Source: an uncultured Gemmatimonadales bacterium (GTDB lineage Bacteria > Gemmatimonadota > Gemmatimonadetes > Longimicrobiales > Gaopeijiaceae). From it: 40,154 nt of DNA. The notes under the pieces are model-generated. The model saw only the letters and a program-made list of their open reading frames with translations. It had not been told where the DNA came from and did not search any database. Of this stretch, positions 24,299 to 32,885 are shown piece after piece. Both the position numbers and the translations under genes were made by a program. The stretch lies in contig CALJLC010000342.1 in the NCBI GenBank assembly GCA_937982605.1, forward strand, positions 1 through 40,154, read 5' to 3'. Positions within the stretch are counted from its first letter, which is position 1, and every line of letters starts with the position of its first letter.

Positions 24299-25573
24299 TC
24301 AGCGCTTCATGAACTCCATAACGAGCTTGCCCAGGCTCGCATAGGGCCGCGCGAACCGCTTGTCGAAGCTCTTCTTCAGCGCGTCGGCGTCGGGGCTGAC
24401 GTCGGCTTCGTAGAGATCCTCCGCGTACCGCTGGTTGATCTTCCCCCACGCCGCGGCCATCTCTCGACGCCCCTCGGGTCCCGTCTGCTTGTCGACACCG
24501 TGGAAGTGCAGGAGCAGCGCGGTGTTGATGGAGACCCAGAGCGAGGTGATTCGGGCGCCCAGGAAATGCTCGCTCTTCGAGCAGAGCACCGACGGGATCA
24601 GCAGCTTCGGGAAGAGGAAGTGAAGATCGTTCAACGCACCGAGGATGAAGGCCATGTTCCACGTCAGGTAGAGCGACTTCCACTCTGCGGTCAGTTCGAC
24701 GACCGGGACGTAGTTGTCGTCCGCCGCGAGCGAGGCGTAGAAATCTCTCGTCGGCCCCTCGGGCTCCATGTGCCGCGGCTGAAACGACTCGGGACGGCAA
24801 TGCGCCAGGACGTGCTCGGCGAGGACGTGGGCTGCCATGGCATTCGGCGGGAAGCCGTTCTTGTACTCGGTGATCCCCGCCTCGTAGATGTTGACCCGCA
24901 GCCAGTCGTTGCAGACGCAACGACCCTTCCCGCACAGAGGCAGGAGCAGCTTGCGCTCGAGGAGGGAAATCCTGCCGGCCTCGTACAGCTCGCCGACGGA
25001 CTGCTCGTCGACGGGAGCACCGTGCAGGAATCGGCCGGCGCGGAAATAGACCATCGCCATGTCGAGCGAGATGGCCTTGGCCGTGCCGAAGAAGTTCAGC
25101 GAGCTCGGCAGCATCCTGAGGAAGCTCTCGAACACGTGCTCGTGGTCGATGCCGATCTTCTTCTGCTCGGCCCGTACATGCTCGACGTAGTCGTCGAAGA
25201 ACACCGGGCTGTTGCACATGGCCGCCGTGATCGCCTCGAGGACGTAGGCCACGTGTGCGGCCTTGTCGACCTCACGCGAAGCGCGTAGCCACTCTTTGCT
25301 CAGCGCCTCCTCCAGAAACTCGACGACCGCCGGCGCGTTCTCGACGAGGCCCCACCGGACCTGAGCGAGCATCGCCCCGAGGTCGGCCGGGTGCGCGACG
25401 ACACGGTCAAGAAACTCGCGCATCGGCGGATAGGACGTCTCGAGGTCTTCCACCCTCATCTCCCCGAGGACCTCGCGGACCATCGAGGGGCTCGTGCTCA
25501 TGTCGTACGACAGGCCCAGCGTAGCCATGGCCTCGTCGACGATCCGGACGCGGTCGATGCTCTGGTTCTTCAT
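24299..25573 (-). CDS. Hypothetical 424-aa protein (family not recognised)
   Basis: ORF-track 24299..25765 trimmed to ATG 25573 (MKNQSIDRVRIV...), which overlaps the amidotransferase stop as ATGA. Balanced, Lys-containing composition. His/Glu motifs DHEHVFESF and HVLAEHVLAH. Looks predominantly helical. Confidence 0.6.
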   Translation of the reverse strand: MKNQSIDRVRIVDEAMATLGLSYDMSTSPSMVREVLGEMRVEDLETSYPPMREFLDRVVAHPADLGAMLAQVRWGLVENAPAVVEFLEEALSKEWLRASREVDKAAHVAYVLEAITAAMCNSPVFFDDYVEHVRAEQKKIGIDHEHVFESFLRMLPSSLNFFGTAKAISLDMAMVYFRAGRFLHGAPVDEQSVGELYEAGRISLLERKLLLPLCGKGRCVCNDWLRVNIYEAGITEYKNGFPPNAMAAHVLAEHVLAHCRPESFQPRHMEPEGPTRDFYASLAADDNYVPVVELTAEWKSLYLTWNMAFILGALNDLHFLFPKLLIPSVLCSKSEHFLGARITSLWVSINTALLLHFHGVDKQTGPEGRREMAAAWGKINQRYAEDLYEADVSPDADALKKSFDKRFARPYASLGKLVMEFMKR

Positions 25574-26454
25574 GGTAGCTTGCGCAGGTTGGTCGGCCCG
25601 CTGTCGATCCGTCGGATCGACAGGCCGAGCTCCGGTGTGATGGACAGGAGGCTTCCCGGGGGCACCGCCCGCCATCGGGCGTCGTCGTCGAGAGGCTCTG
25701 AGGCCACGACCACGGCGCTCGGGGTCGAGCCCTCGTCCTCCAGACGGCAGAGGCCCTCTCCGCACGTGTAGAGCCTGCCGGTGTTCACGTAGAGCGTGTT
25801 CGTCGGGGCCGTCCCGGTCGAGTACCGAGTTACGACCGCGCGCTCCCCATCGCTCACGGCGAGGTTCAGGAAGGAGGGCTCTTCGATGCCCGCCTCGCGC
25901 CCGAGCGCCTCGAGCCTGGCGATGGTGCCTTCGACGGCGGTCGAGAGGCGCTCCGTCGCATCGCCTCCGCGCGGCGTAGCCTCGAGCGTGTCGAGGAGGA
26001 GCGCGAAGATGTGCTCCGAGTCGGTCGTCCCCCCGATGGCGTGGAACGCCCGCGGCGACAGCGCGCCCAGGAGTCGCTGTCGAAGCTCACGGAATCCTCC
26101 CCAGTGCCCGTTGTGCATCAAGGTCAGGTGCCCGTGCGCGAACGGGTGGCAGTTGAGGCGCGAGACGGCCAGCCCCTCCGTCGCCGCACGTACGTGCGCG
26201 AGCAGGCACCGCGCCTCCGTGACCCGTGCCATCTCCCTCAGATTCTGGTCGCTCCAGGCCGGGGTCGTCGACTTGAACAGCGCAGGCGTCTCGCGGCGGT
26301 CGGCGGGGTACCACGCCAGACCGAAGCCGTCGCCGTTGAGGGGCTCGGAGCGCAGGTGGCTGTGGAAGCTCTGATGGATGATCGAGTTGACCGGGTCGGT
26401 CACCAGCCTGCTGATCCGCACCTCGGTCCCCAGATAGAGCGCAAAGCGACACAT
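25570..26454 (-). CDS. Class II (Ntn) glutamine amidotransferase, YafJ/EgtC-like
   Basis: N-terminal MCRFALYLG (Cys2 nucleophile). NGDGFGLAWY, LAHVRAAT and NCHPF...LMHNG match the GATase_4/6-type pattern. Confidence 0.8.
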   Translation of the reverse strand: MCRFALYLGTEVRISRLVTDPVNSIIHQSFHSHLRSEPLNGDGFGLAWYPADRRETPALFKSTTPAWSDQNLREMARVTEARCLLAHVRAATEGLAVSRLNCHPFAHGHLTLMHNGHWGGFRELRQRLLGALSPRAFHAIGGTTDSEHIFALLLDTLEATPRGGDATERLSTAVEGTIARLEALGREAGIEEPSFLNLAVSDGERAVVTRYSTGTAPTNTLYVNTGRLYTCGEGLCRLEDEGSTPSAVVVASEPLDDDARWRAVPPGSLLSITPELGLSIRRIDSGPTNLRKLP

Positions 26455-26469
26455 GGGATCCGAGCTCCG

Positions 26470-27828
26470 TCAGCCGAGTGCCACGAGCGCGCCGGTCGAC
26501 GGGACCTCGACGTCCCAGCCGAACGCGTCCTCGAGCCGTCCGCGGAACGCTTCCGCCGCGTGGTCCTCACCGTGCGTGACGAAGACCCTGCACGGAGAGA
26601 CCTCGCTCTGCGCGAGCCAGTCCAGAAGCTCCGCGTAGTCTCCGTGGGCCGAGAGCCCCTCAAGTCGCTCGACCCGCGCGCGCACGGGGAGCCACTCATC
26701 GTGGATCTCGACCTCGCCGGCCCCATGGACCAGCTCGTGCCCCCTGGTACCCGGCGCCTGGAAGCCCGCGAAGAGGACCGTGTTCCTGTGGTCGGGCAGG
26801 AGGTGCTTGAGGTGGTGGACCACCCGCCCACCCGTGGCCATCCCGCTCGCCGCGAGGATGATCTTCGGTCCCGGGCGTCGACTGATCGTCTTGGATTCCT
26901 CAGGCGTTCGCGTGTACTGCGCCACGCCGCACGCAGCCTCGCACTGGGAGGGCGAAAGGCGGTGGTCGTCCGGATGGTCGCAGAAGATCTTGGTGGCGTT
27001 GATCGCCATGGGACTGTCCAGGAAGACCGGCAGGTCGGGCACGCGCCGGGCGTCTGTGAGCTCCGCGAGCACGTGCATGATGTGCTGGGCCCGGCCGATG
27101 GCGAACGCCGGGATCAACAGCGCGCCCCCGCGGGCGGCGGTCTCTACGACGACCCGCTCGAGGGCGTCGAAGACGGACTCGACCGCATGCCTGCGGTCGC
27201 CGTACGTCGACTCGACGATCAGGTAGTCAGCCTCCGCCAGAGGCTCGGGCGGCCGCATCACCGGATCGTCGGGACGACCCACGTCACCGCTGAAGGCGAT
27301 CGTGAGCTCCTCGGCCCGCAGTGTGAAGCTCGCCGCCCCCAGGATGTGGCCGGCCCGGGAGAACCGACCGTCGATCCCGAGGGCGAGGGCAAACGTCTCG
27401 TGGAAGGCGCGCGGCTGGAGGAGGCTCAACGCCGCGTGCACGTCGGCGACGGTGTACAGCGGATACGGACCTTCCGGCCCGGTCGGCTCTCGGTGCCGGC
27501 GCGCATCCTCCTCCTGAATGCGTGCGCTGTCGGGTAGAAGCACGCCCAGCAAGTCTCGGGTCCCTGCCGTGCAGAAGACCGGACCCTCGAAGCCCAGCGC
27601 GCATAGCCTCGGCAGGAGGCCGGTGTGGTCCATGTGCGCGTGCGTCAGCACCACCGCATCGAGCGCGCGCGGATCGAAGCCCAGATCGCCACGGTTCCTC
27701 CGGCGGAGCTCCGCGGGTCCCTGGAAGAGGCCGCAGTCCACCAGCACGGAGCCGGCGTCCGACCGCACCAGGTACCGGGAGCCGGTGACCGTTCGGGCCG
27801 CCCCGAGGAACGAGATCGACAGAGACAC
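26470..27828 (-). CDS. MBL-fold beta-CASP hydrolase (RNA-metabolising metallo-beta-lactamase type)
   Basis: GTG 27828. VLVDCGLFQG and the HxHxDH motif (THAHMDHTG). The 452-aa length and later motifs are consistent with beta-CASP. Confidence 0.85.
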   Translation of the reverse strand: MSLSISFLGAARTVTGSRYLVRSDAGSVLVDCGLFQGPAELRRRNRGDLGFDPRALDAVVLTHAHMDHTGLLPRLCALGFEGPVFCTAGTRDLLGVLLPDSARIQEEDARRHREPTGPEGPYPLYTVADVHAALSLLQPRAFHETFALALGIDGRFSRAGHILGAASFTLRAEELTIAFSGDVGRPDDPVMRPPEPLAEADYLIVESTYGDRRHAVESVFDALERVVVETAARGGALLIPAFAIGRAQHIMHVLAELTDARRVPDLPVFLDSPMAINATKIFCDHPDDHRLSPSQCEAACGVAQYTRTPEESKTISRRPGPKIILAASGMATGGRVVHHLKHLLPDHRNTVLFAGFQAPGTRGHELVHGAGEVEIHDEWLPVRARVERLEGLSAHGDYAELLDWLAQSEVSPCRVFVTHGEDHAAEAFRGRLEDAFGWDVEVPSTGALVALG

Positions 27829-27902
27829 GGGTACGTCGCTCCGGGTGAGAACGTGGCGTCGGAGAACTGCATCCGAACCAGTGTGATGGTATGCACCGGG
27901 AC

Positions 27903-27940
27903 GTGAACGGGTCGTGAAAGGCCGATGAAGAACGGCTCAT
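27903..27940 (-). promoter_or_regulatory. TTCAY composite operator, copy E- (upstream of MBL operon)
   Basis: Minus strand reads ATGAGC cgtt CTTCAT cggcct TTCAC gacccg TTCAC. Ends 74 nt before GTG 27828. Confidence 0.7.
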
Positions 27941-27957
27941 CCGACCCGCTCCGAGTC

Positions 27958-27995
27958 ATGATCGCTTCTTCACCACGAGTTCACGACGGCTTCAT
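27958..27995 (+). promoter_or_regulatory. TTCAY composite operator, copy E+ (upstream of GAPDH/ICMT operon)
   Basis: ATGATC gctt CTTCAC cacgag TTCAC gacggc TTCAT. Repeats start at 27969, 27980 and 27991. Ends 96 nt before GTG 28092. Lies 17 bp from copy E-. Confidence 0.7.
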
Positions 27996-28091
27996 CAGAA
28001 ACCCCGGATTCTGAAGTCTCGAACCCCGAATATCCACGCCGGCCGTCGCAGTCCTTGGCCGGCCACCGAAGCTTAGAGCACGGAGGGAAGA

Positions 28092-29141
28092 GTGAGTCAG
28101 CTCGCCATCAGGGTCGCAGTGAACGGCTACGGCGCCATCGGCAAGCGCGTCGCGGACGCGGTCCTGGCTCAGGAGGACATGACGCTCGTCGGGGTCGCGG
28201 ACGTGGCTTCGGACTGGCGCCCCGGCGTCGCCGTTGACAAGGGTATCGACCTCTTCCTCGCCGGCGACGGAAGGCGCGCGAGCCACTCGCCCGACACGTT
28301 CTTCAGCGCGGGCACGTTGAGAGACCTGCTCGCCGAGGTCGACGTCGTGGTCGATTGCACGCCCAAGGGGGTGGGCGCGCGCAACGCCGACCTGTACGGG
28401 GAGGCGGGCGTGAAGTTCGTCGTCCAGGGAGGGGAGTCGCACGAGGTGACCGGGCACTCGTTCGTCGCGGACGCCAACTACGCCTCCGCGATCGGGCGAG
28501 ACTCGACCCGCGTCGTTTCGTGCAATACCACGTCGATCGTCCGCACGCTCACCGCCCTGAAGCGGGCGGGGCTGCTGGGCCGGGCTCGAGGCACGCTACT
28601 TCGAAGGGCGACGGATCCGTGGGAGAGTCACCTGGGCGGAATCATGAACACCGTGGTGCCCGAGCCCGCCATTCCGAGCCACCAGGGGCCCGACGCCCGC
28701 ACGGTGGATCCGGACCTCGACCTGGTCACCGTGGCTGCCAAGGTGCCCGAGACCCTGGCACACGTGCACTTCTGGTCGGTCGATCTGCCCCGTGCCGCGG
28801 ATCGGGAGAACGCCCTGGCCGCGTTCGGCGCGTCGTCGCGGATCGCGAGCGTTCGCATCGATGCCGGGCTCGGCGCCGTCAACGCGGTCAAGGAGATGGC
28901 GCTCGATCAGGGAAGGAGTCGCGGGGACATCCACGAGGTCGTTCTCTGGGAAGACCTCGTCACCGTCGTGGGTCGTGAGCTTCACTACGCCTACATGGTG
29001 GATAACCAGGCGATCGTGGTCCCGGAGACGATCGACGCGATACGGGCGCTGACGTCTCGCGAGCCCGCAGCCGAGGCGTCGATCGACCGGACCAATCAGG
29101 CGCTCGGTATCATCGGCGGCCCGTGGAGCCCCAGGGCGTAG
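28092..29141 (+). CDS. gap: Type II (archaeal-type) glyceraldehyde-3-phosphate dehydrogenase
   Basis: GTG 28092 preceded by GGAGGG. VAVNGYGAIGKRVADAV Rossmann motif and catalytic VVSCNTTSIVRTL. The overall pattern follows archaeal class II GAPDH rather than bacterial GapA. Confidence 0.8.
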   Translation: MSQLAIRVAVNGYGAIGKRVADAVLAQEDMTLVGVADVASDWRPGVAVDKGIDLFLAGDGRRASHSPDTFFSAGTLRDLLAEVDVVVDCTPKGVGARNADLYGEAGVKFVVQGGESHEVTGHSFVADANYASAIGRDSTRVVSCNTTSIVRTLTALKRAGLLGRARGTLLRRATDPWESHLGGIMNTVVPEPAIPSHQGPDARTVDPDLDLVTVAAKVPETLAHVHFWSVDLPRAADRENALAAFGASSRIASVRIDAGLGAVNAVKEMALDQGRSRGDIHEVVLWEDLVTVVGRELHYAYMVDNQAIVVPETIDAIRALTSREPAAEASIDRTNQALGIIGGPWSPRA

Positions 29142-29144
29142 GCC

Positions 29145-29765
29145 ATGCACGTCGGAATGTGGGGGCTGGCGGCCATCGTGATCGTCGCGGTGTCCTGGGT
29201 CATGTACCGCTACCTGGCTCCCTCGACCTGGAAGGAGTGGGCCCAGGCAGGAGCACTGCAGGCGTTCATCATCGCGTTCTACGCCGAGATGTACGGGTTC
29301 CCGCTGACGATCTACTTCCTGACGCGGTTCTTCGGGCTCGACCTCGTCTGGTCGGAAGGGGGGAACCTCTGGACCCAGCTCTTCGGAACGCCCGTCGCGC
29401 ACCTCGTTGCGATGTTCCTCGGGTATGCCGTCGTCTTCTCGGGCGCCTCACTCGTCGCGGAAGGCTGGCGCGCCGTGCACCAGGCCCGGCGTGACGGGCG
29501 GCTCGTGACCGACGGCGTCTACGCGGTGGTGCGACATCCGCAATACACGGGGCTCTTCATGATCGTGATCGGGGAGGGGTTGATCCACTGGCCGACGATC
29601 GTCTCGGTCGTTGCCGCGCCCGTGATCTTCGGCGCATACACGCACCTGGCGAAACGGGAGGAGAGACAGATGATCGCCCAGTACGGCGACGACTACCGAC
29701 GCTACGCCCGACACGTGCCGATGTTCGTTCCGAGGTTCGGCGCGACGACGGCGAGGGAGGCCTGA
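29145..29765 (+). CDS. ICMT/PEMT-family membrane methyltransferase (CzcN/NccN-like)
   Basis: Multi-TM protein with the C-terminal motif LVTDGVYAVVRHPQYTGLFMIVIGEGL ... REERQMIAQYGDDYRRY, typical of isoprenylcysteine carboxyl methyltransferase-like proteins. Starts 3 nt after the GAPDH stop. Confidence 0.8.
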   Translation: MHVGMWGLAAIVIVAVSWVMYRYLAPSTWKEWAQAGALQAFIIAFYAEMYGFPLTIYFLTRFFGLDLVWSEGGNLWTQLFGTPVAHLVAMFLGYAVVFSGASLVAEGWRAVHQARRDGRLVTDGVYAVVRHPQYTGLFMIVIGEGLIHWPTIVSVVAAPVIFGAYTHLAKREERQMIAQYGDDYRRYARHVPMFVPRFGATTAREA

Positions 29766-29900
29766 ATGACGCCGGACGCCGTAACCCTCTTCAGCGGGGT
29801 CGTCCTCCTGCTCGGAATCGTCGTCGCGGCGTGGCTTCTCAAGCGACCGCGGAGCTCCGGCCATCGGTCGAACCGGAGCGATCCGCCGAAACGCGAGTGA
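29766..29900 (+). CDS. Candidate 44-aa single-TM micro-protein
   Basis: The ATG immediately follows the ICMT stop (TGAATG), with GGAGG 6 nt upstream. MTPDAVTLFSGVVLLLGIVVAAWLLKRPRSSGHRSNRSDPPKRE is a hydrophobic helix plus a basic tail. Not in the ORF track (<60 aa). Confidence 0.4.
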   Translation: MTPDAVTLFSGVVLLLGIVVAAWLLKRPRSSGHRSNRSDPPKRE

Positions 29901-29909
29901 TCGTCGGGC

Positions 29910-30836
29910 CTACTCTTCGTCCCGCCAGTCGAGATGAGCGAGCAGCCGGTGATACCGGGCCTCGCGGGTCCCGCCGCCCTCCGGAAGAGGAAGGAACGAC
30001 GGCGGTACACATCCGAAGTTGAGTTGCTCCAGGTAGCCATCTACGGCAGCGACCAGGAGACGGCCGGCTGGCCCGCCCACCGGAGCAGACGGTAGCGGCC
30101 TGTCGGCCTCGCCCACGAGCCAGCCGACCTGCACGAGGAGTGATCGGTCCTCCTCCGAGGCTCGGAAGTAGTGAAGCAGCGGGTATCGTCTGTGCGCATC
30201 GGTGATCCGCACCAGAGCGCCTGCCCACGACTCCGCCCGGCGCTGGCCCAATCCCGCCGTCACCGCCCTACCCGACTCCAGGACCTCCCGCGTGGCCAGG
30301 AGCCGCCTCAGGGCCGAGATCTCCAGCGCCAGTACGGCCGTCGATCCCGCCTCGCGGGTGACGGTGAGCGCGTAGGTGGTCGACACGGCGAAGAGGGAGA
30401 AGCCGAGGACCGCTTCCACGACGGTAAGCAGCCGCATGGGGCCCGACGTCGCCAGGATGTCTCCCACGCCCAGTGTGGTAGCGACGTAACCGCTGTAGTA
30501 GATCGCATCGAGCCACCGCGGCGCCGCCGCCGGGGTGAGCGTCCGGAAGAAGTCCAGGTGGGGCAGGTACAGCAGCGCGAACGCGACGATGAGCCAGCCC
30601 GACCAGAAGAGGACGGTCCACAGGACGCCCACAGGACCCGCGAGCGAGAGGACCTGCGACCCCATCCCACGCCCGAACACGCGTGCGAGCGATCGGAACG
30701 CGGACCAGAGCGCTCGGTTCTGGAGGCGATGAAGCGATCCGCCGTGGCGGCCGAACGGCGAGAAGAGCGTGAACGTGACGTCGACCAAGAGCCCGAAAAG
30801 AAGCAGGACGGCGATCATCGAGAGGGCGACGGTCAT
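29910..30836 (-). CDS. Two-TM pore-loop ion channel (K+ channel family-like)
   Basis: ORF-track 29910..31283 trimmed to ATG 30836 (MTVALSMIAVLLLFGL...). Pore-loop signature YVATTLGVGD lies between TM helices and is followed by a cytoplasmic domain. Confidence 0.65.
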   Translation of the reverse strand: MTVALSMIAVLLLFGLLVDVTFTLFSPFGRHGGSLHRLQNRALWSAFRSLARVFGRGMGSQVLSLAGPVGVLWTVLFWSGWLIVAFALLYLPHLDFFRTLTPAAAPRWLDAIYYSGYVATTLGVGDILATSGPMRLLTVVEAVLGFSLFAVSTTYALTVTREAGSTAVLALEISALRRLLATREVLESGRAVTAGLGQRRAESWAGALVRITDAHRRYPLLHYFRASEEDRSLLVQVGWLVGEADRPLPSAPVGGPAGRLLVAAVDGYLEQLNFGCVPPSFLPLPEGGGTREARYHRLLAHLDWRDEE

Positions 30837-30850
30837 GCCGTGGACTTCGC

Positions 30851-32452
30851 TCAACCTCGGACGAATCGGTAGGCGAGCGCCGCGGCCCCACCGATGAGGA
30901 AGATCGATCCCACGGTGGCGAGACGCTCCGGCGCACCTGCCAGGAGCACGGCTCCCGCGAGCGCCAGGAATCCGGCGGCGACGGTCTGACGGATGCTGCG
31001 CTCGGACCGCGTCCGGCGTGCCGCTTCCACTGGGTCCGGGGTAACCGTGACGCGGCCCAGCGCCCCCTCGCCCCACCGGTGAAGAATACGGCGCGCCTCC
31101 CGGGGCGCGTCCGTGGCGAGCCTCTCCATGGCGCGGAGGGTCGGGGCCATGTCCGACCCCAGGCGGTCGACCGACAGACGCTCCGAAAGAGAATCGGCGA
31201 ACGCGGGCCGGAACATCTCCACGAAGCTCACCCCCGGATCGAGCTTGGCGAGCACGCCCTCGAGCGTCACGAACGCCCGGCACAGCAGCAGAAAGACCCC
31301 CGGGTTCCGGATCCGGTATCGGCCGCCCAAGCGCCCGAGCGACTCAAGGGCCCGACCCACCGAGACTTCGGAAAGCGGTTGGCTGCGAACCTCGCGGACG
31401 AGTTCGGACACGCCCTCTTCCACCGCCCGGCGATCCACGTCGCGGGGGACGAGGCCGAGGTCGAAGTAGCTCTCCGTGGCGGCTCGCGGATCTCCCGAGA
31501 CCGTGGACTCCACCAGGTCGACCAGCGCCTCGCGCATGGACCTCGGAAGCTCGCCGACCATCCCGAAGTCGTGGAGGCACAGAGCGCCGTCAGGCAGGAC
31601 GAAGATGTTTCCGGGGTGGGGATCCGCGTGGAAGAAGCCGTCCCGGAACACCTGACGGACGAACAGACCGCCGAGCCGCCGAGCCAGCGCCTTCGCCGCC
31701 TCCGGGTGCCGCTGCGCGTAAGCCTCCAGCCGCTCGCCGTTCGATCGCTCCATCGTCAGCACGCGGGTCGTGGTGAATTCGTCCACGACGGCGGGAATCC
31801 ACACACGCCGGTCGCCTTCGAGGCGTTCGCGCAAACGACCGACGTTCCGGGCTTCCTCCAGCAAGTACACCGCGGCCTCCAGTGTGCGCTGGAAATCCCT
31901 GACCAGGCTCGGTAGGTCGTACGGGCGCAGCCGTGGTATCGCGAGGTCGAGGAACGCCGCCAGGTGGGACAGCACGAGCACGTCCTCGGCCACCTGCACG
32001 TCCAGATCCGGTCGTTGCACCTTGACGACCACCGGTCGCCCCGACCGTAGTGACGCGACATGCACCTGCGCGACGCTCGCCGACGCCAGGGGCTCCTCCC
32101 GGAATGACGCGAAGAGCCGGTCGGGATCGTCGCCGAGCTCCTGACGGATCACGCGCTGCACCGTCTCCGTCGGAAGGGTCGCCACCCGATCCTGAAGGCT
32201 CGCGAGCGCGGTCACGTAGCGCTCGGGCAGGAGGTCGCTCCGCGTCGAGAGCACCTGCCCGAACTTCACATACACGACGCCGAGCTCCTCGAGCGCCGCC
32301 ACGACGCGCTCCGGCTCGGGCCATTCGGTGCGACCCACGAGCACCCCCCCGAAGCCGTGACGTCGCAGCACGTCGAGCACGAGCGCCGCTCGCGGCATAG
32401 ATCGCAGCAGAGCGGACGGCCCGACGGACTGCGTGGCGTCTCGCGAGCTCAC
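30851..32452 (-). CDS. ABC1/UbiB-family atypical kinase
   Basis: VYVKFGQVLSTRSDLLP, ASASVAQVHVA, VVVKVQRP, HADPHPGNIFV and LHDFGMVG are ABC1/UbiB hallmarks. C-terminal TM helices are present. Confidence 0.85.
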   Translation of the reverse strand: MSSRDATQSVGPSALLRSMPRAALVLDVLRRHGFGGVLVGRTEWPEPERVVAALEELGVVYVKFGQVLSTRSDLLPERYVTALASLQDRVATLPTETVQRVIRQELGDDPDRLFASFREEPLASASVAQVHVASLRSGRPVVVKVQRPDLDVQVAEDVLVLSHLAAFLDLAIPRLRPYDLPSLVRDFQRTLEAAVYLLEEARNVGRLRERLEGDRRVWIPAVVDEFTTTRVLTMERSNGERLEAYAQRHPEAAKALARRLGGLFVRQVFRDGFFHADPHPGNIFVLPDGALCLHDFGMVGELPRSMREALVDLVESTVSGDPRAATESYFDLGLVPRDVDRRAVEEGVSELVREVRSQPLSEVSVGRALESLGRLGGRYRIRNPGVFLLLCRAFVTLEGVLAKLDPGVSFVEMFRPAFADSLSERLSVDRLGSDMAPTLRAMERLATDAPREARRILHRWGEGALGRVTVTPDPVEAARRTRSERSIRQTVAAGFLALAGAVLLAGAPERLATVGSIFLIGGAAALAYRFVRG

Positions 32453-32470
32453 CGTGGGCTCAACCTTCGG

Positions 32471-32731
32471 TCATTCGGCGCCCCACCGGGCATGAAAGGC
32501 GTTGTACAGCGGGGTGAAGACGAGCCCCGCGTACGCTCCGTACAGGAACGACTCCACGAGGCCGATCACGAAGCCTCGAGCGGTGAGCCACTGAAAGCCC
32601 GGGAGCACCTGCTCGAGGAACACGCTCATGTGCAGCGACTCCGGAACGACCAATCCGTATGCCAGGCATACCAGATACGTCACCGTCGAAAAGGACGCCA
32701 GCGACCAGGTGAGGACCCTAATGTCCAGCAT
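32471..32731 (-). CDS. Small (86-aa) membrane protein
   Basis: ATG 32731 preceded by GGAGG with a 5-nt spacer. MLDIRVLTWSLASFSTVTYLVCLAYGLVV...GFVIGLVESFLYGAYAGLVF gives 2-3 TM helices. The ORF-track start 32791 is rejected in favour of the SD-supported start. Confidence 0.5.
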   Translation of the reverse strand: MLDIRVLTWSLASFSTVTYLVCLAYGLVVPESLHMSVFLEQVLPGFQWLTARGFVIGLVESFLYGAYAGLVFTPLYNAFHARWGAE

Positions 32732-32873
32732 GATCGCCTCCGTTCGAATCACGGCGTCGGCCGCGAGGAGCTCCTCCGCCATGGCCCCCATGGCCGTGCC
32801 CGTGGCCGAGATGCATCAGGGCGAAAAGCACCAGCACGACGATCCAGAAACCGTTCTCTTGCAGCCATTCCAT
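32718..32873 (-). CDS. DUF2933-like small His-rich membrane protein (51 aa, not in ORF track)
   Basis: MEWLQENGFWIVVLVLFALMHLGHGHGHGGHGGGAPRGRRRDSNGGDHAGH*. The MEWLQ-type N-terminus, one TM helix and a (HG)n tail resemble DUF2933 proteins of metal islands. GAGGGA lies 8 nt upstream. Overlaps the next gene by 14 nt. Confidence 0.6.
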   Translation of the reverse strand: MEWLQENGFWIVVLVLFALMHLGHGHGHGGHGGGAPRGRRRDSNGGDHAGH

Positions 32874-32885
32874 GGTGAGGATCCC

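Noticed and set aside
28092-29141. GAPDH as part of an arsenate-resistance pair, analogous to gapdh-arsJ, where 1-arseno-3-phosphoglycerate is exported.
   Set aside because: No ArsJ-like MFS transporter and no other ars gene (arsR/B/C, acr3) is visible in the window. The neighbour is an ICMT-like methyltransferase. The idea is not supported by the sequence at hand.
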